Of a stretch of 64,000 nucleotides of DNA, positions 1-10,188 are shown in pieces. The position numbers and the translations under genes were made by a program. The stretch's first letter is position 1. Each line of letters starts with the position of its first letter. The stretch covers positions 17,803 through 81,802 of the forward strand of contig CAZCAO010000001.1 in assembly GCA_964496815.1 (NCBI GenBank), given 5' to 3'. The notes below the pieces were generated by a model that worked only from the letters and a program-made list of their open reading frames with translations, did not search any database and was not told the DNA's origin. The DNA comes from an uncultured Candidatus Saccharibacteria bacterium (GTDB lineage: Bacteria > Patescibacteriota > Saccharimonadia > CAILAD01 > JADZBC01).

Positions 1-18
1 TCGCCCTTTTTATTTTAT

Positions 19-1170
19 TTATTTACTCCGGACGATGTAGTAGCCGTTTTGTGCCGCGGGGTCGGTACTGTCCTCTAGTTTGGCGGCGACTGTAAAGCTT
101 GTGCCGTTGGACTGATAGGCGTATTTAATTTTAACATCTGCCGTGCTTGAAGGATCATAGTTGACAACCGTAATGTAGGGGGGCGTGGTGTACTGGAGTG
201 GGTAGATGACCTTAATGTCATCACCAGCCGGATAGCGGCCTTGCTGCTGCTTGTAGACCTCTAATGCTGCGGAGATGGTATTGAGGTCGTCTTTGCGCTT
301 TTGATCGCGGGAGATGGCCTCTGATGACGCCTTAGGTGGCCCTGGAACTTGTGGCTGATTGGTTTTTGTTACGGCTGGCACTACTCGATTGGCGTTTTGA
401 CGTGCTAGCATCCATGCTCCGATTCCGGCTACAAGCGCTAGGCAAAGCACCGTGCCTGCTAGCAACGCGACTTGTTTGCCCTTGGATTTTTTCGGCTCAT
501 TGGCTGGATCTACTTTGGTATCAGAGTGTGTTGCTCTATTCTGAGTGTTAGCTAATTGGCGATTCGTGAGTACTGTAGGCAGCATGTCGTTTTCTGCAAT
601 TTCTTCGGCAAGTTGATATGCCTTAGTATGCCTTGATGCTTCGATTTCTGCCGAACCCGGTGGTGTAGTCGGCAGCGTCTCGTCGGCAATTTTGTTGGCT
701 AATTTAGGTTCAACGGGGAGGGAGCCGATAGCTGCACGATCGGGTGGAGTGTCATTCAACTTTGCAGCCATGGGTTGGCTCAGCTCAGGGTCTGAGAGTG
801 AGCTCGGTAATTCAGGTTCATCTAGCATGCTTGGTAGTTCCGGTACGACCAGGCGCCTTAGTCGAGCTTTGAGTCGATGTCGAAAGCGTATGGCGTCTTT
901 TACTGTTACTTCTGGAGCCGTCTGCTCATGACTAGTTGGGCTTGTTATCTCTTGCGAGCCGGACGTTCTGATGGGGCTGGGCGGTAAGGGGTCTTCTGCT
1001 AGGCTAGGCGCCACATGATTAGCAGTCGGAGGCGTACTTGGTTGGCGACTTTCAGTCTGGCCATGCCTAATCAAGGTGCCACATTCCATACATACGTCGC
1101 CAACGGCGGTATGAACCATTGGTTGCTTGCAGTTGGGGCAGAGTGGGGCTGTATGCTGGTCGTCTATCAT
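19..1170 (-). CDS. Membrane protein with N-terminal zinc-ribbon, one TM helix and C-terminal type IV pilin/PulG-like globular domain
   Basis: N-terminal CPNC...CMEC motif; single hydrophobic span (VALLAGTVLCLALVAGIGAWML); C-terminal 'SRDQKRKDDLNTISAALEVYKQQQGRYP' resembles the conserved motif after the pilin N-terminal helix. Start moved to internal ATG (MIDDQ...) preceded by TATAAT. Confidence 0.5.
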   Translation of the reverse strand: MIDDQHTAPLCPNCKQPMVHTAVGDVCMECGTLIRHGQTESRQPSTPPTANHVAPSLAEDPLPPSPIRTSGSQEITSPTSHEQTAPEVTVKDAIRFRHRLKARLRRLVVPELPSMLDEPELPSSLSDPELSQPMAAKLNDTPPDRAAIGSLPVEPKLANKIADETLPTTPPGSAEIEASRHTKAYQLAEEIAENDMLPTVLTNRQLANTQNRATHSDTKVDPANEPKKSKGKQVALLAGTVLCLALVAGIGAWMLARQNANRVVPAVTKTNQPQVPGPPKASSEAISRDQKRKDDLNTISAALEVYKQQQGRYPAGDDIKVIYPLQYTTPPYITVVNYDPSSTADVKIKYAYQSNGTSFTVAAKLEDSTDPAAQNGYYIVRSK

Positions 1171-1338
1171 GATAATTCTTACGGTTATTATACCTTTTCT
1201 TAGGAAATTTGCCCAGAAAGTACCCCGCCAAGACAAAAATTGTTCAAAAAAACTGTTGTATTTTAGACTGTTGTAGATTTATACTAAGTAGTAAGTAATT
1301 TAAGTTTTAAACAAAAGAAAAGTAGACAAAAAAACAAT

Positions 1339-1611
1339 ATGCTAAAGCTCTTCATAACATCAAAAACAAGACGAAAAATCATTACGATTTACAGTAAATA
1401 TCCTGACTACCGCGTACACGTTCGGGGTTTGGCTAAGATCTTGCGTGAAGATCCTGGCAATATTCAGCGTGAATTGGCCCGTATGGAAAAGATTGGCTAT
1501 GTTAAATCTGCCAAAGAAGGCAACGCCAAGGTGTATTGGGTGAATCAGCAGTTCCTACTCTTTAAAGAGCTACAGAGTATGGTTCTTAAAACATCAAGGA
1601 AGAAATCTTAA
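1339..1611 (+). CDS. Small winged-helix DNA-binding protein (putative transcriptional regulator)
   Basis: 90 aa; HTH-like 'GLAKILREDPGNIQRELARMEKIGYV' pattern typical of winged-helix regulators. Confidence 0.45.
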   Translation: MLKLFITSKTRRKIITIYSKYPDYRVHVRGLAKILREDPGNIQRELARMEKIGYVKSAKEGNAKVYWVNQQFLLFKELQSMVLKTSRKKS

Positions 1612-1840
1612 AAAATGAGTATTCTCGCCAAAATCAAAAATCAATTTTCGAAACAAGACATATACCGACAAAAGGCTGAAAAGATGGCTCAAACCCAGCG
1701 CTTTTTGTACGCCCATCGACAGGTATATCGATCTGAGACTCCCTTGGGCTTTAAGGCTCGTTCTGAAGGTAGCTACCACTTAGCTCGCGCAGGCCGATAG
1801 TCTTGTTTGGCTCGGGCATATAATCCTCTATACTGAGGGT

Positions 1841-3562
1841 ATGTCAGGCAAATATCAGCAAAAATCAACAGATTCGATTACGCCATACACATGGCGTTTT
1901 CTCGCAGAGCCCGACGCATTAGCTAGGAGCCCGATTGAATTACGTGAACTTATTCTGCAGCAGCGCGGCATAGGTAAAGACCAGCAGACCAGCTTCGTCT
2001 CGCCGCAGTATGAGGAGTTACATGCCCCGGATTTACTAAGTGGTATGGACGTCGCCGTGGCAAGGATTAGTCGTGCATTAGAGGGCGAGGAGCGGATTGT
2101 CGTCTATGGCGACTATGATATTGACGGCATAACGGCCACTGCCTTATTGGTTGATGTGCTTGAGCAGTTAGGTGCTCATGTTCGGCCGTATATTCCTGAT
2201 CGGTTCGAAGAAGGCTACGGACTCAATACCGAGGCCCTTACTACACTGCGATCCGACGGCACTGATTTGCTCATTAGTGTGGATTGCGGTATTTCTTCGG
2301 CTGCGGAAGTTGCTGCAGCGCAGAAGCTTGGACTCGACATTATCGTAACTGACCATCACAGCGTGCCCGAGGTAACCCCTGAGGCGGCAGTGGCCTGCAT
2401 AAATCCACGTATAGGCGCCGATGCGTATCCATTTAAGGATCTCGCTGGTGTTGCTGTAGCGTTTAAACTGGCCGTGGCTTTGGCAGCAGCACATCCTGGC
2501 AAAATCAAACCAGGTCGTGAAAAATGGCTACTTGATCTTGTCGCCCTTGGTACCGTCTGCGATGTTGTGCCACTCGTGGGCGAGAATCGGGCGCTGGTGC
2601 AGTTTGGGCTGACCGTGTTGCGCAAAAGCCCTCGTCCCGGACTGCGGGCACTAGCCGAGGTTAGTGGGGTTGAATTAGAGAGCGTTCAAGCTTCGGACCT
2701 AGGCTTTCGCTTCGGACCTCGCCTGAACGCTGCCGGACGATTGGAACATGCTGCACAAGCGCTAGAACTGATTACTACCAAGGACACAGGTCGGGCGAAA
2801 GAATTGGCCGAGGGACTAAATATTCTAAATCGCGAGCGACAAGATGAAACGGCGCGGGTATTTGCAGAAGCCATGGAGCAGGCGGAGGGTTACTCGGATG
2901 ATGCAATCTTGGTGCTGTCCGGCCCGGGTTGGTCGCACGGTATCGTCGGGCTGGTAGCTAGTCGGGTGAGTGAAGCTAGGCACAAACCTACGATTATTTT
3001 GCAGCAGCTTGGTGCGATTACCAAAGGTTCAGCTCGAAGCATGGGGGCTTTTAATATCATCGAAGCAATTACGAGTGCCCGGCAGCACCTCGAGCGTTAT
3101 GGTGGGCATGCCTTTGCTGCTGGTATGACACTGAAAACGGATAAGATAGCCGATTTTCGCAAGGCTCTAAACTCATATGCAGCTCTGCATTCGTCCGAGC
3201 TAGGTAAACAAAAGGAGCTTGTTATAACCTGCCGGCTTGATAGTACTACCCTTACTACTAGTCTTTTGGATGAACTCGAACTACTGGAGCCATATGGGAA
3301 CGCCAACCCACAGCCAGTATTTATGTCGCAGTTGAAGCTCGTGCGCATGCGTCCGGTTGGGGCTGATCAGAAGCATTTACAGATGAACTTTGACGCAGGC
3401 CGAGGGCAAATTGGTGCAATTGCCTTTAGCGCCGCCGGACGCTGGCCATGGCTGGAAATTGACCAAGAGGTCGAGGTGGCCTACCGAGCGTCAAAAAACG
3501 TTTGGAATGGGGTAGAGAGCTTGCAGTTAGAGGTGGTAGACATTCGACCTATTGGGGCTTGA
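1841..3562 (+). CDS. recJ: Single-stranded-DNA-specific exonuclease RecJ
   Basis: DHH/DHHA1 motifs (VVYGDYDIDGITATALL, DHH...); 573 aa; -10 TATACT 6 bp upstream of ATG. Confidence 0.9.
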   Translation: MSGKYQQKSTDSITPYTWRFLAEPDALARSPIELRELILQQRGIGKDQQTSFVSPQYEELHAPDLLSGMDVAVARISRALEGEERIVVYGDYDIDGITATALLVDVLEQLGAHVRPYIPDRFEEGYGLNTEALTTLRSDGTDLLISVDCGISSAAEVAAAQKLGLDIIVTDHHSVPEVTPEAAVACINPRIGADAYPFKDLAGVAVAFKLAVALAAAHPGKIKPGREKWLLDLVALGTVCDVVPLVGENRALVQFGLTVLRKSPRPGLRALAEVSGVELESVQASDLGFRFGPRLNAAGRLEHAAQALELITTKDTGRAKELAEGLNILNRERQDETARVFAEAMEQAEGYSDDAILVLSGPGWSHGIVGLVASRVSEARHKPTIILQQLGAITKGSARSMGAFNIIEAITSARQHLERYGGHAFAAGMTLKTDKIADFRKALNSYAALHSSELGKQKELVITCRLDSTTLTTSLLDELELLEPYGNANPQPVFMSQLKLVRMRPVGADQKHLQMNFDAGRGQIGAIAFSAAGRWPWLEIDQEVEVAYRASKNVWNGVESLQLEVVDIRPIGA

Positions 3563-3634
3563 AGAAGTCGTGGTTTTAGCGTATAATCGCTTCTGAAATT
3601 GATTTATTAGCTAGTAGAAAAACAAGGAGTTAGT

Positions 3635-3844
3635 TTGATCCAAGTAACAGCCAAAGAAAAAGAGTCGGCCGAGAGCTTATTGCGCCGCTTCAACAAGAAG
3701 GTAATCCAGTCTGGAGTATTGGGCGAAGCTCGCCGTAAGCGATATTTTGAAAAGCCAGTTTCTAAGACCGAGCAACGTTCGATTGCAATCCGCAAAGCAC
3801 GCCGCAAAGAGCAGAAAGCTCGCGAAATTCTAGGGATCAAGTAA
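3635..3844 (+). CDS. rpsU: 30S ribosomal protein S21
   Basis: 'ESLLRRFNKKVIQSGVL...RKRYFEKP' S21 signature; TTG start preceded by AAGGAG. Confidence 0.85.
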   Translation: MIQVTAKEKESAESLLRRFNKKVIQSGVLGEARRKRYFEKPVSKTEQRSIAIRKARRKEQKAREILGIK

Positions 3845-4284
3845 TGCACGTTCTCGAGCAGCTGGAAAAAGATCTCGCAGCTGCCATGCGAGAGCGAGAC
3901 CAGATCCGCCTCCAGGTTTTGAGGCTGCTTAAGAATGCTCTCAAAAACTATCAGATTGAAGTCGGCCATGAACTCAGTTCTCAGGAAATGATGCAAGTTT
4001 TGCAAAAGGAAGCAAAAAAGCGCCGTGACTCTATCGAAGCATACACAAAAGCCAACCGTGATGATTTGGTGGCTGAGGAAACAGCTGAGCTCAAAGAAAT
4101 TGAGCACTACCTGCCAGCGCAAATGAGTGATGAGCAGGTGCGCGCAATTGTGCAAGAAGTCCTTGCCGCCAATCCTGACGCACAGATGGGACAGGTAATC
4201 GGTCAGGTTTTAGCTAAGACTAATGGCCAGGCAGACGGTGGCGTGGTGAGTCGCATCGTGAGTGACGAACTTAATACTAAGTAG
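3844..4284 (+). CDS. GatB/YqeY domain protein
   Basis: 146 aa with YqeY-like helical pattern; start overlaps rpsU stop (translational coupling). Confidence 0.75.
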   Translation: MHVLEQLEKDLAAAMRERDQIRLQVLRLLKNALKNYQIEVGHELSSQEMMQVLQKEAKKRRDSIEAYTKANRDDLVAEETAELKEIEHYLPAQMSDEQVRAIVQEVLAANPDAQMGQVIGQVLAKTNGQADGGVVSRIVSDELNTK

Positions 4285-4289
4285 TAGTC

Positions 4290-4766
4290 ATGGCATTGAG
4301 TCTAGAGTTTGCCACTGACGTTCCGACTGAGGTAAGCCAGGGTGATCTACGAATGGCGCTTGATTTGGTCGAAGTTGCCACCGACACTACGGTAGACGGA
4401 GTGATTAGTTTGGTTTTTACCGATGAGTCGACGGCTCGCGAGTTGAACCATCGCTATGCCGGTAATGACTATGCTACTGATGTGCTGAGTTTTAACTACT
4501 ATGAGCATGAGACGGTTGAGCCTACTACTGACGATATACTGGGCGAGGTTGTGATTTGCTTGCCCATAGCTCAAAAGCAAGCCGCTGAACACAATCAGAC
4601 TGTGCGCTCTGAGCTCTTATTGCTTACTGTGCATGGCATGATGCATGTACTGGGGTTTGACCACGCAGATACGGCTCAGAAGACTAGCTTCGCACATATG
4701 CAAAGTGCTATATTAAGTAAGCTTAAGATTGATGCAAGGGATATATTCAATGGTAACACTCGGTAG
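4290..4766 (+). CDS. ybeY: rRNA maturation endoribonuclease YbeY
   Basis: 'HGMMHVLGFDH' zinc-binding motif. Confidence 0.9.
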   Translation: MALSLEFATDVPTEVSQGDLRMALDLVEVATDTTVDGVISLVFTDESTARELNHRYAGNDYATDVLSFNYYEHETVEPTTDDILGEVVICLPIAQKQAAEHNQTVRSELLLLTVHGMMHVLGFDHADTAQKTSFAHMQSAILSKLKIDARDIFNGNTR

Positions 4767-5109
4767 TCTTCGTCACGCTTTCAAAGGTCTTCGCGCAGTC
4801 GTAAGTCGTGAGCGTAATGCGCGTATTCATCTGGGCTTCGCCCTGCTTGCCGTGTTGGCTAGTTGGTTCTTTAAGATCTCTATCTTCCAGCTCTCTCTGG
4901 TTATTCTAGCGATTATCTTGGTGTTCTTTGCCGAGATTACGAATACAGCAGTGGAGCGCACTCTAGATCTTATTACTACTGAGCGCAATCAGGTAGTTCA
5001 GCTTGTTAAAGATATGACAGCAGGTGGCGTGTTCGTTTGTGCCCTCGGTGCGCTTGCCATAGGTGTTTGCATCTTCGGCCCACGTATTTACGAAATGTTG
5101 GTGCGATGA
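4750..5109 (+). CDS. dgkA: Diacylglycerol/undecaprenol kinase family membrane protein
   Basis: 3 TM helices, 'NTAVERTLD' DgkA-like motif; start assigned to internal ATG at 4750. Confidence 0.7.
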   Translation: MVTLGSLRHAFKGLRAVVSRERNARIHLGFALLAVLASWFFKISIFQLSLVILAIILVFFAEITNTAVERTLDLITTERNQVVQLVKDMTAGGVFVCALGALAIGVCIFGPRIYEMLVR

Positions 5110-5654
5110 GCCGACGTATTATCGTTCTAGGTATGCCAGGGGCCGGCAAAGATACGCAATGTGACATGCTTGCCAAAGAGCTGGGTGGGGTTATTATCAA
5201 GACCGGCGATATCGCTCGGCAGCTCGCTAAAACGAATACAAAAATTGCACAAATACTGCGTGAAGGCGGCTTAGTTGAAGATGACATTATCAACGCCAGA
5301 CTCGTAGAAAAGCTTAAAGAATTAGGTTCTGAACCTGACATTATCTTCGATGGCTTCCCTCGCAGGGTTGAGCAGGCACGTTGGCTTGATGAAATTTTAG
5401 GGCAAAAAGCTGCGCAGGACTTGCACGTATATTATCTGCGTATTAGTGCACAGTCTGCACTTAAACGCCTAATGAAACGTGGTCGAGCAGACGACACCGA
5501 TGCTATAGTGCGTAATCGTTTGCGTGTTTTTGCCGAGCAAACTGAGCCCGTATTGGCCTATTATCAGGCAAGCCATCGCTTGGTAGAAATTGACGGCGAA
5601 CCTAGCCCGTCAGAGATTCAGACAGAACTGCAGCATAAGATAAAGGAGCAGTAA
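5106..5654 (+). CDS. adk: Adenylate kinase-family nucleoside monophosphate kinase
   Basis: P-loop 'GMPGAGKDTQ', 'GFPRRVEQARWLDEIL' LID/NMP-binding pattern; ATGA overlap with dgkA stop. Confidence 0.7.
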   Translation: MSRRIIVLGMPGAGKDTQCDMLAKELGGVIIKTGDIARQLAKTNTKIAQILREGGLVEDDIINARLVEKLKELGSEPDIIFDGFPRRVEQARWLDEILGQKAAQDLHVYYLRISAQSALKRLMKRGRADDTDAIVRNRLRVFAEQTEPVLAYYQASHRLVEIDGEPSPSEIQTELQHKIKEQ

Positions 5655-5655
5655 T

Positions 5656-6408
5656 ATGATGACTCAGGTAAAAACAGAAGCAGAGATTGCTGCTATGAGG
5701 TATGGTGGCAAGATACTTGGGCAGACACTACAGACGCTGAAGGCAAAGGCTACTCCGGGTATGATGACCCAACAGATTGACCAACTAGCTCGGGATCTTT
5801 TAGCGGAGCAGGGCGTTGAACCAGCTTTCTTGGGTTTTGACGGTTTTCCCGCCGCAATTTGCATTTCGATTAATGAAGAAATAGTACATGGCATACCTGG
5901 GAGTCGGGTTCTCCGTGAGGGTGATCTGGTGAAGTTTGACTTTGGGGTTAAGCACGAAGGCATGATTACAGACAGTGCCATTAGTTTTGTACTTGGGGCA
6001 ACTACGAACTCGAAGGCTGAAAAACTGATCCGTGCCACCGAAGAAGCACTTAGTCGCGCCATTGATAGCTTGCATGACGGCGTGCGAGTGGGCGACATTA
6101 GTGCTGTGATCGGTACTACCATCCAGAAACATGGTTTTTCCGTGCTGCAGTCATTGGGCGGCCACGGCGTGGGTCATAGGCTTCATGAAGACCCCTGGAT
6201 AGGTAATGACGGGGTGGCTGGAACCGGGCAGATGCTCAAAGCAGGCATGACGATTGCCTTGGAACCGATAGCCTCAATTGGCACAGAAGACCTTGTGATG
6301 GCCGATGATGGCTGGACTTGCATAACTGACGATGGTTCACTGGCGGCACAGAGCGAACACACAATTTTAATCACTGAGTCTGGGGCAGAAATATTAACTC
6401 TTCCTTAG
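5656..6408 (+). CDS. map: Methionine aminopeptidase type I
   Basis: MetAP fold motifs (ISINEEIVHGIP, FVLG, HGVGHRLHE); AGGAG RBS. Confidence 0.9.
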   Translation: MMTQVKTEAEIAAMRYGGKILGQTLQTLKAKATPGMMTQQIDQLARDLLAEQGVEPAFLGFDGFPAAICISINEEIVHGIPGSRVLREGDLVKFDFGVKHEGMITDSAISFVLGATTNSKAEKLIRATEEALSRAIDSLHDGVRVGDISAVIGTTIQKHGFSVLQSLGGHGVGHRLHEDPWIGNDGVAGTGQMLKAGMTIALEPIASIGTEDLVMADDGWTCITDDGSLAAQSEHTILITESGAEILTLP

Positions 6409-6477
6409 GCGGATTGCACCAATAGTTTGCGCAACCACGACGGTCGTGTATATAATGGAAGACATTAAGGCAGGGTT

Positions 6478-7710
6478 ATGGCGGCAAAAAACGAATCAAC
6501 ATTTGTAGGTTTAGACATCGGCACAAGCAAAGTAGCTTGTGTGGTTGGCTTGCATCAGGATGATATGGCTGAGCCGAGTATCATAGGCCTTGGCGTGGCG
6601 CCTACGACGGGTTTGCGCCGCGGAACGGTCTCGGACGTAGAGGAGACTGTTGCGTCGATTACGGCTGCCCTTGAAGAGGCCGAGCGGATGAGCGGCGTGA
6701 CGATTGAGCACGCTACGATCAGTGTCGATGGTGCGCATATCCAAAGTCTCAACTCACGCGGTGTCATAGCTGTCAGTCGCGCTGATCACGAGATATCACG
6801 TGAGGATCTCGCTCGCGTTGAGGAAGCGGCGGCTGCTATTCAGATGGATAGTAATCGTCAGATCCTTCAGGTAATACCTCGTAGTTATACCGTAGATGGT
6901 CAGACAAACGTCACCGACCCCGTTGGCATGAACGGTGTTCGTCTTGAAATTGATACACATATAATCACCGCTGCTTCACCAGCCATGAAGAACCTGACTA
7001 ACGCAGTTTTTCGCGCTGGGATTACGATTGACGATCAGCTTTTGGTGCCGCTGGCCGCTGCACGAGCTGTTCTAACAAAACGACAGTTCGAGCTCGGCGT
7101 CGTCCTCCTTGATATCGGTGCCGAAACGACTGGTATTGTGGTTTTCGAAGAGGGTAGCATTGCTTTTACAACTATTCTACCTGTAGGGTCAAACCATATA
7201 ACTAAGGATCTGGTATATGGCTTGCGCACAAATATTGATGTAGCCGAGAAGCTCAAGCTAGCGCGGGCTTCTGCTATGAAGGAGAAGGGCCGACCGAACG
7301 AAAAAATCGACCTAGCTGACTTTGGCGGTAGTGGTACAGTCAGCCAGAGCGAGGTTGATAAGATTGTAACCTCACGCTGCGAAGAGATCTTCACCATGGT
7401 TGCCACAGAGCTACGTAAGGCAGGTAAGGACTCAATGTTGGCCGGCGGAGCAGTTTTGACTGGCGGCGGTGCTAAATTGCCTGGAATTGATAAGCTGGCC
7501 CAAAACACCCTCAAACTTAATGCTGTAGTGGCATCGCCACGCGGCTTCGGTGGGATTAGCGACAGGGTAAAAGACCCAGCTTATGCAGCTGCGGTCGGTC
7601 TTATGCTCGAGGATATGCATCATACACCAACTGGCCATGGCGGGATAAACTCTGCTATCAGCGGAATTGTTTCACAGGTAAAGGGGATTTTTAAGAACTT
7701 CTTGCCATAG
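6478..7710 (+). CDS. ftsA: Cell division protein FtsA
   Basis: Actin-like ATPase 'VGLDIGTSKVACVVG', 410 aa, directly upstream of ftsZ. Confidence 0.9.
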   Translation: MAAKNESTFVGLDIGTSKVACVVGLHQDDMAEPSIIGLGVAPTTGLRRGTVSDVEETVASITAALEEAERMSGVTIEHATISVDGAHIQSLNSRGVIAVSRADHEISREDLARVEEAAAAIQMDSNRQILQVIPRSYTVDGQTNVTDPVGMNGVRLEIDTHIITAASPAMKNLTNAVFRAGITIDDQLLVPLAAARAVLTKRQFELGVVLLDIGAETTGIVVFEEGSIAFTTILPVGSNHITKDLVYGLRTNIDVAEKLKLARASAMKEKGRPNEKIDLADFGGSGTVSQSEVDKIVTSRCEEIFTMVATELRKAGKDSMLAGGAVLTGGGAKLPGIDKLAQNTLKLNAVVASPRGFGGISDRVKDPAYAAAVGLMLEDMHHTPTGHGGINSAISGIVSQVKGIFKNFLP

Positions 7711-7741
7711 TACCGATAAATTTACAAAAAACCATCAATAA

Positions 7742-7773
7742 ACAGCCCTGCACTAGCAGGGCTGTTGTGTATT
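7742..7773 (+). terminator. Intrinsic terminator after ftsA
   Basis: ACAGCCCTGC-acta-GCAGGGCTGT hairpin followed by TGTGTATT. Confidence 0.6.
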
Positions 7774-7845
7774 GAACACGACATAAATATTATTGAACAC
7801 AAAATTTAACAGATGTAAAAGGTCCAAATATTTCGAGCAAAATAT

Positions 7846-7874
7846 TTGCATTACTTGTGCAATTTGGTTATACT
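7846..7874 (+). promoter_or_regulatory. sigma70-like promoter for ftsZ
   Basis: TTGCAT-17 bp-TATACT. Confidence 0.5.
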
Positions 7875-7992
7875 TTTGGCTATACCGGTTGAGTAGCGGT
7901 ATGTGTGTGGTAAGGACTCCCATTAGGTTGGGAAAGCTTCGATCGCTCGACAAGAGCGTTCAACGCCATTATATAAAGGAGTCACAAACAGC

Positions 7993-9396
7993 ATGGCAGA
8001 AATTCGACCCGAAATTGAGACATTTGCACGCATCAAAGTAGTTGGTGTGGGTGGCGGTGGCAATAACGCCCTAAACCGTATGATTCAATCGAGCATACGC
8101 GGCATTGATTTTGTAGCGGTTAATACGGATGCTCAGGCATTGCATTATTCCCAGGCTGCGAAGAAAGTCCACATCGGCAAAGAAGCTACACGTGGACTAG
8201 GAGCTGGCGCAAACCCTGAAGTAGGCAAAATTGCGGCAGAAGAAAGCGAAGAAGACATATTCGAGGCTCTAAAGGGTAGCGAAATGGTATTTATAACTGG
8301 TGGTTGTGGTGGTGGTACTGCAAGTGGTGCTGCACCAGTAATCGCCCGGATTGCGCGAGAGATCGGTGCTCTAACTGTAGCGATTATGACGAAGCCATTT
8401 GCCTTCGAAGGTGATCGACGACGCAAGATTGCTGAGGCTGCGATTGAAGAACTTCGTGACAAAGTCGACACTTTAATTATCATCCCGAACGACCGCATAT
8501 TGCAGATTATTGATCGCAAGACCTCTTTGCTTGATGCTTTTGGGGCAGTAGACAACGTTCTACGTCAGGGCGTGCAAGGCATCTCAGACCTTATTACCGT
8601 TAATGGTTTGGTCAACTTGGACTTCGCTGACGTCAAATCGATTATGAGTAATGCTGGTAGCGCCCTGATGGGAATTGGCCATGGTTCTGGTGATAATCGT
8701 GCCGTCGAGGCTGTAAAGCAGGCAATGGACTCACCATTGCTCGAAGTTTCGATCCAGGGTGCTAAGGGCGTGCTGATTAACTTTACCGGCGGTAGAGATA
8801 TGGGCATGCATGAGATCGAAGAGGCTGCCAAGCTGATTCATGACTCAGTTGATCCTGAAGCAAATATTATCTGGGGTACAGTTCTTGATGAGAACACTAC
8901 TGGCGAAATCAAGGTAACGTTGGTTGCAACGGGTTTTGACGCGTCACGATCGCCAGCTACGAAGGCTAATAGCTTCTCGGGCTTTGGTGTTGCCTCAAGT
9001 AATGTCGCGAGCAGCGAAAACTATACCCAGCCAGCTCCGCATGTCGAGGAAGTTTATACCGAGCCAGAACCAGAAGCAATCCCATTTATTCGCGAGCAGC
9101 CGCGTCCTGTATTTCAGTCTGACGACCTTGAGCCACTTGTAAAGGCCGAACCTGAAGCACCAAAGACTATGATGGATGACCCGATTACTGGCTTTGACCT
9201 TGAAGAACCTGCCTTAGAAGAGTCGGTAGTAGAGCCTACAGCGCCGGCAACTCCAGCTCAGCCGATTATCGAACGAGCCGCTGGCTTTAGTGGTGATGAA
9301 GACGATCTCGATAAGCCTGCCTATCTGCGTCAAGGCGTAACGTTAGAACAAGACGTTGACGATGACATTCCTAGTTTCGTAAAGAAAAAGATGTAA
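7993..9396 (+). CDS. ftsZ: Cell division GTPase FtsZ with long acidic C-terminal tail
   Basis: '[13 protein letters not shown]' tubulin signature; T7 loop; 467 aa. Confidence 0.95.
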   Translation: MAEIRPEIETFARIKVVGVGGGGNNALNRMIQSSIRGIDFVAVNTDAQALHYSQAAKKVHIGKEATRGLGAGANPEVGKIAAEESEEDIFEALKGSEMVFITGGCGGGTASGAAPVIARIAREIGALTVAIMTKPFAFEGDRRRKIAEAAIEELRDKVDTLIIIPNDRILQIIDRKTSLLDAFGAVDNVLRQGVQGISDLITVNGLVNLDFADVKSIMSNAGSALMGIGHGSGDNRAVEAVKQAMDSPLLEVSIQGAKGVLINFTGGRDMGMHEIEEAAKLIHDSVDPEANIIWGTVLDENTTGEIKVTLVATGFDASRSPATKANSFSGFGVASSNVASSENYTQPAPHVEEVYTEPEPEAIPFIREQPRPVFQSDDLEPLVKAEPEAPKTMMDDPITGFDLEEPALEESVVEPTAPATPAQPIIERAAGFSGDEDDLDKPAYLRQGVTLEQDVDDDIPSFVKKKM

Positions 9397-9418
9397 TAGG
9401 TTAGGAGGGTGCGAAAAA

Positions 9419-9889
9419 GTGAAGTGTCCACGCTGTCGATCTCAGGAGAGTCGGGTTTTAGAATCCCGCGAAGTAGAGCAGGATAATGTAATACGCCGGC
9501 GTAGAGAGTGCTTGAGCTGTCAGCATCGTTTCACTACCTATGAACGCATTGAGGCTGCTCATTTGATGATTGTTAAGAAGAATGGTGAACGTGAGCTGTT
9601 TGATCGAGCCAAGTTAGCTAATGGCATATATAGCGCCTTCCAGAAGCGTCCTGTATCAGCCGACCAAATTGAAGGCATCATCACTGCCATCGAACAAGAG
9701 TTAAAGTCAACAGGTGATCATGAGATCGCAAGTAGTAAGATTGGCGAATTAGTCATGAACAAACTGCGCGAAAGCGACGATGTCGCCTATGTTCGCTTTG
9801 CTAGTGTTTATCGTAGCTTCGCTGATATAAAGAGCTTCGAGGCTGAACTCAACCGCCTTAAGAACGAGGCAAAAAAGAAGGTCGATTAA
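9419..9889 (+). CDS. nrdR: Transcriptional repressor NrdR
   Basis: 'MKCPRCRSQESRVLESR' zinc ribbon plus ATP-cone; GTG start after AGGAGGG. Confidence 0.9.
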   Translation: MKCPRCRSQESRVLESREVEQDNVIRRRRECLSCQHRFTTYERIEAAHLMIVKKNGERELFDRAKLANGIYSAFQKRPVSADQIEGIITAIEQELKSTGDHEIASSKIGELVMNKLRESDDVAYVRFASVYRSFADIKSFEAELNRLKNEAKKKVD

Positions 9890-9910
9890 CTCTCATGCTA
9901 TACTAAAAGC

Positions 9911-10141
9911 ATGAGAACGATTGGATTATATCGGGGGCCTACCCCAGATGAGATGAAAAATTACAGTGCTGAACTGATCGAAGCAGATTCGCGTGAGGGC
10001 CAGGTGGTATCACGGCTGTATGGCGTGGTAGAATACCCAGCACTTGTCGTGACACAAGATGACGGCCGACTCGTTGCGATTTGGCAAGAAAAATTACCGA
10101 CCAGAGCGGATTATTTGCACGTCGCTAACCCTCTTAATTAA
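9911..10141 (+). CDS. Hypothetical small protein (76 aa)
   Basis: ORF with TGcTATACT -10 element 6 bp upstream of ATG (leaderless-type promoter). Confidence 0.4.
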   Translation: MRTIGLYRGPTPDEMKNYSAELIEADSREGQVVSRLYGVVEYPALVVTQDDGRLVAIWQEKLPTRADYLHVANPLN

Positions 10142-10188
10142 GCTGTTGATACTCCATATTGTATAAATATAGTACTCAAATTGAATAT

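Noticed and set aside
1615-1800. 61-aa basic ORF immediately after the winged-helix gene
   Set aside because: No RBS or promoter signal and no recognisable motif. Could be real but unsupported, so not called.
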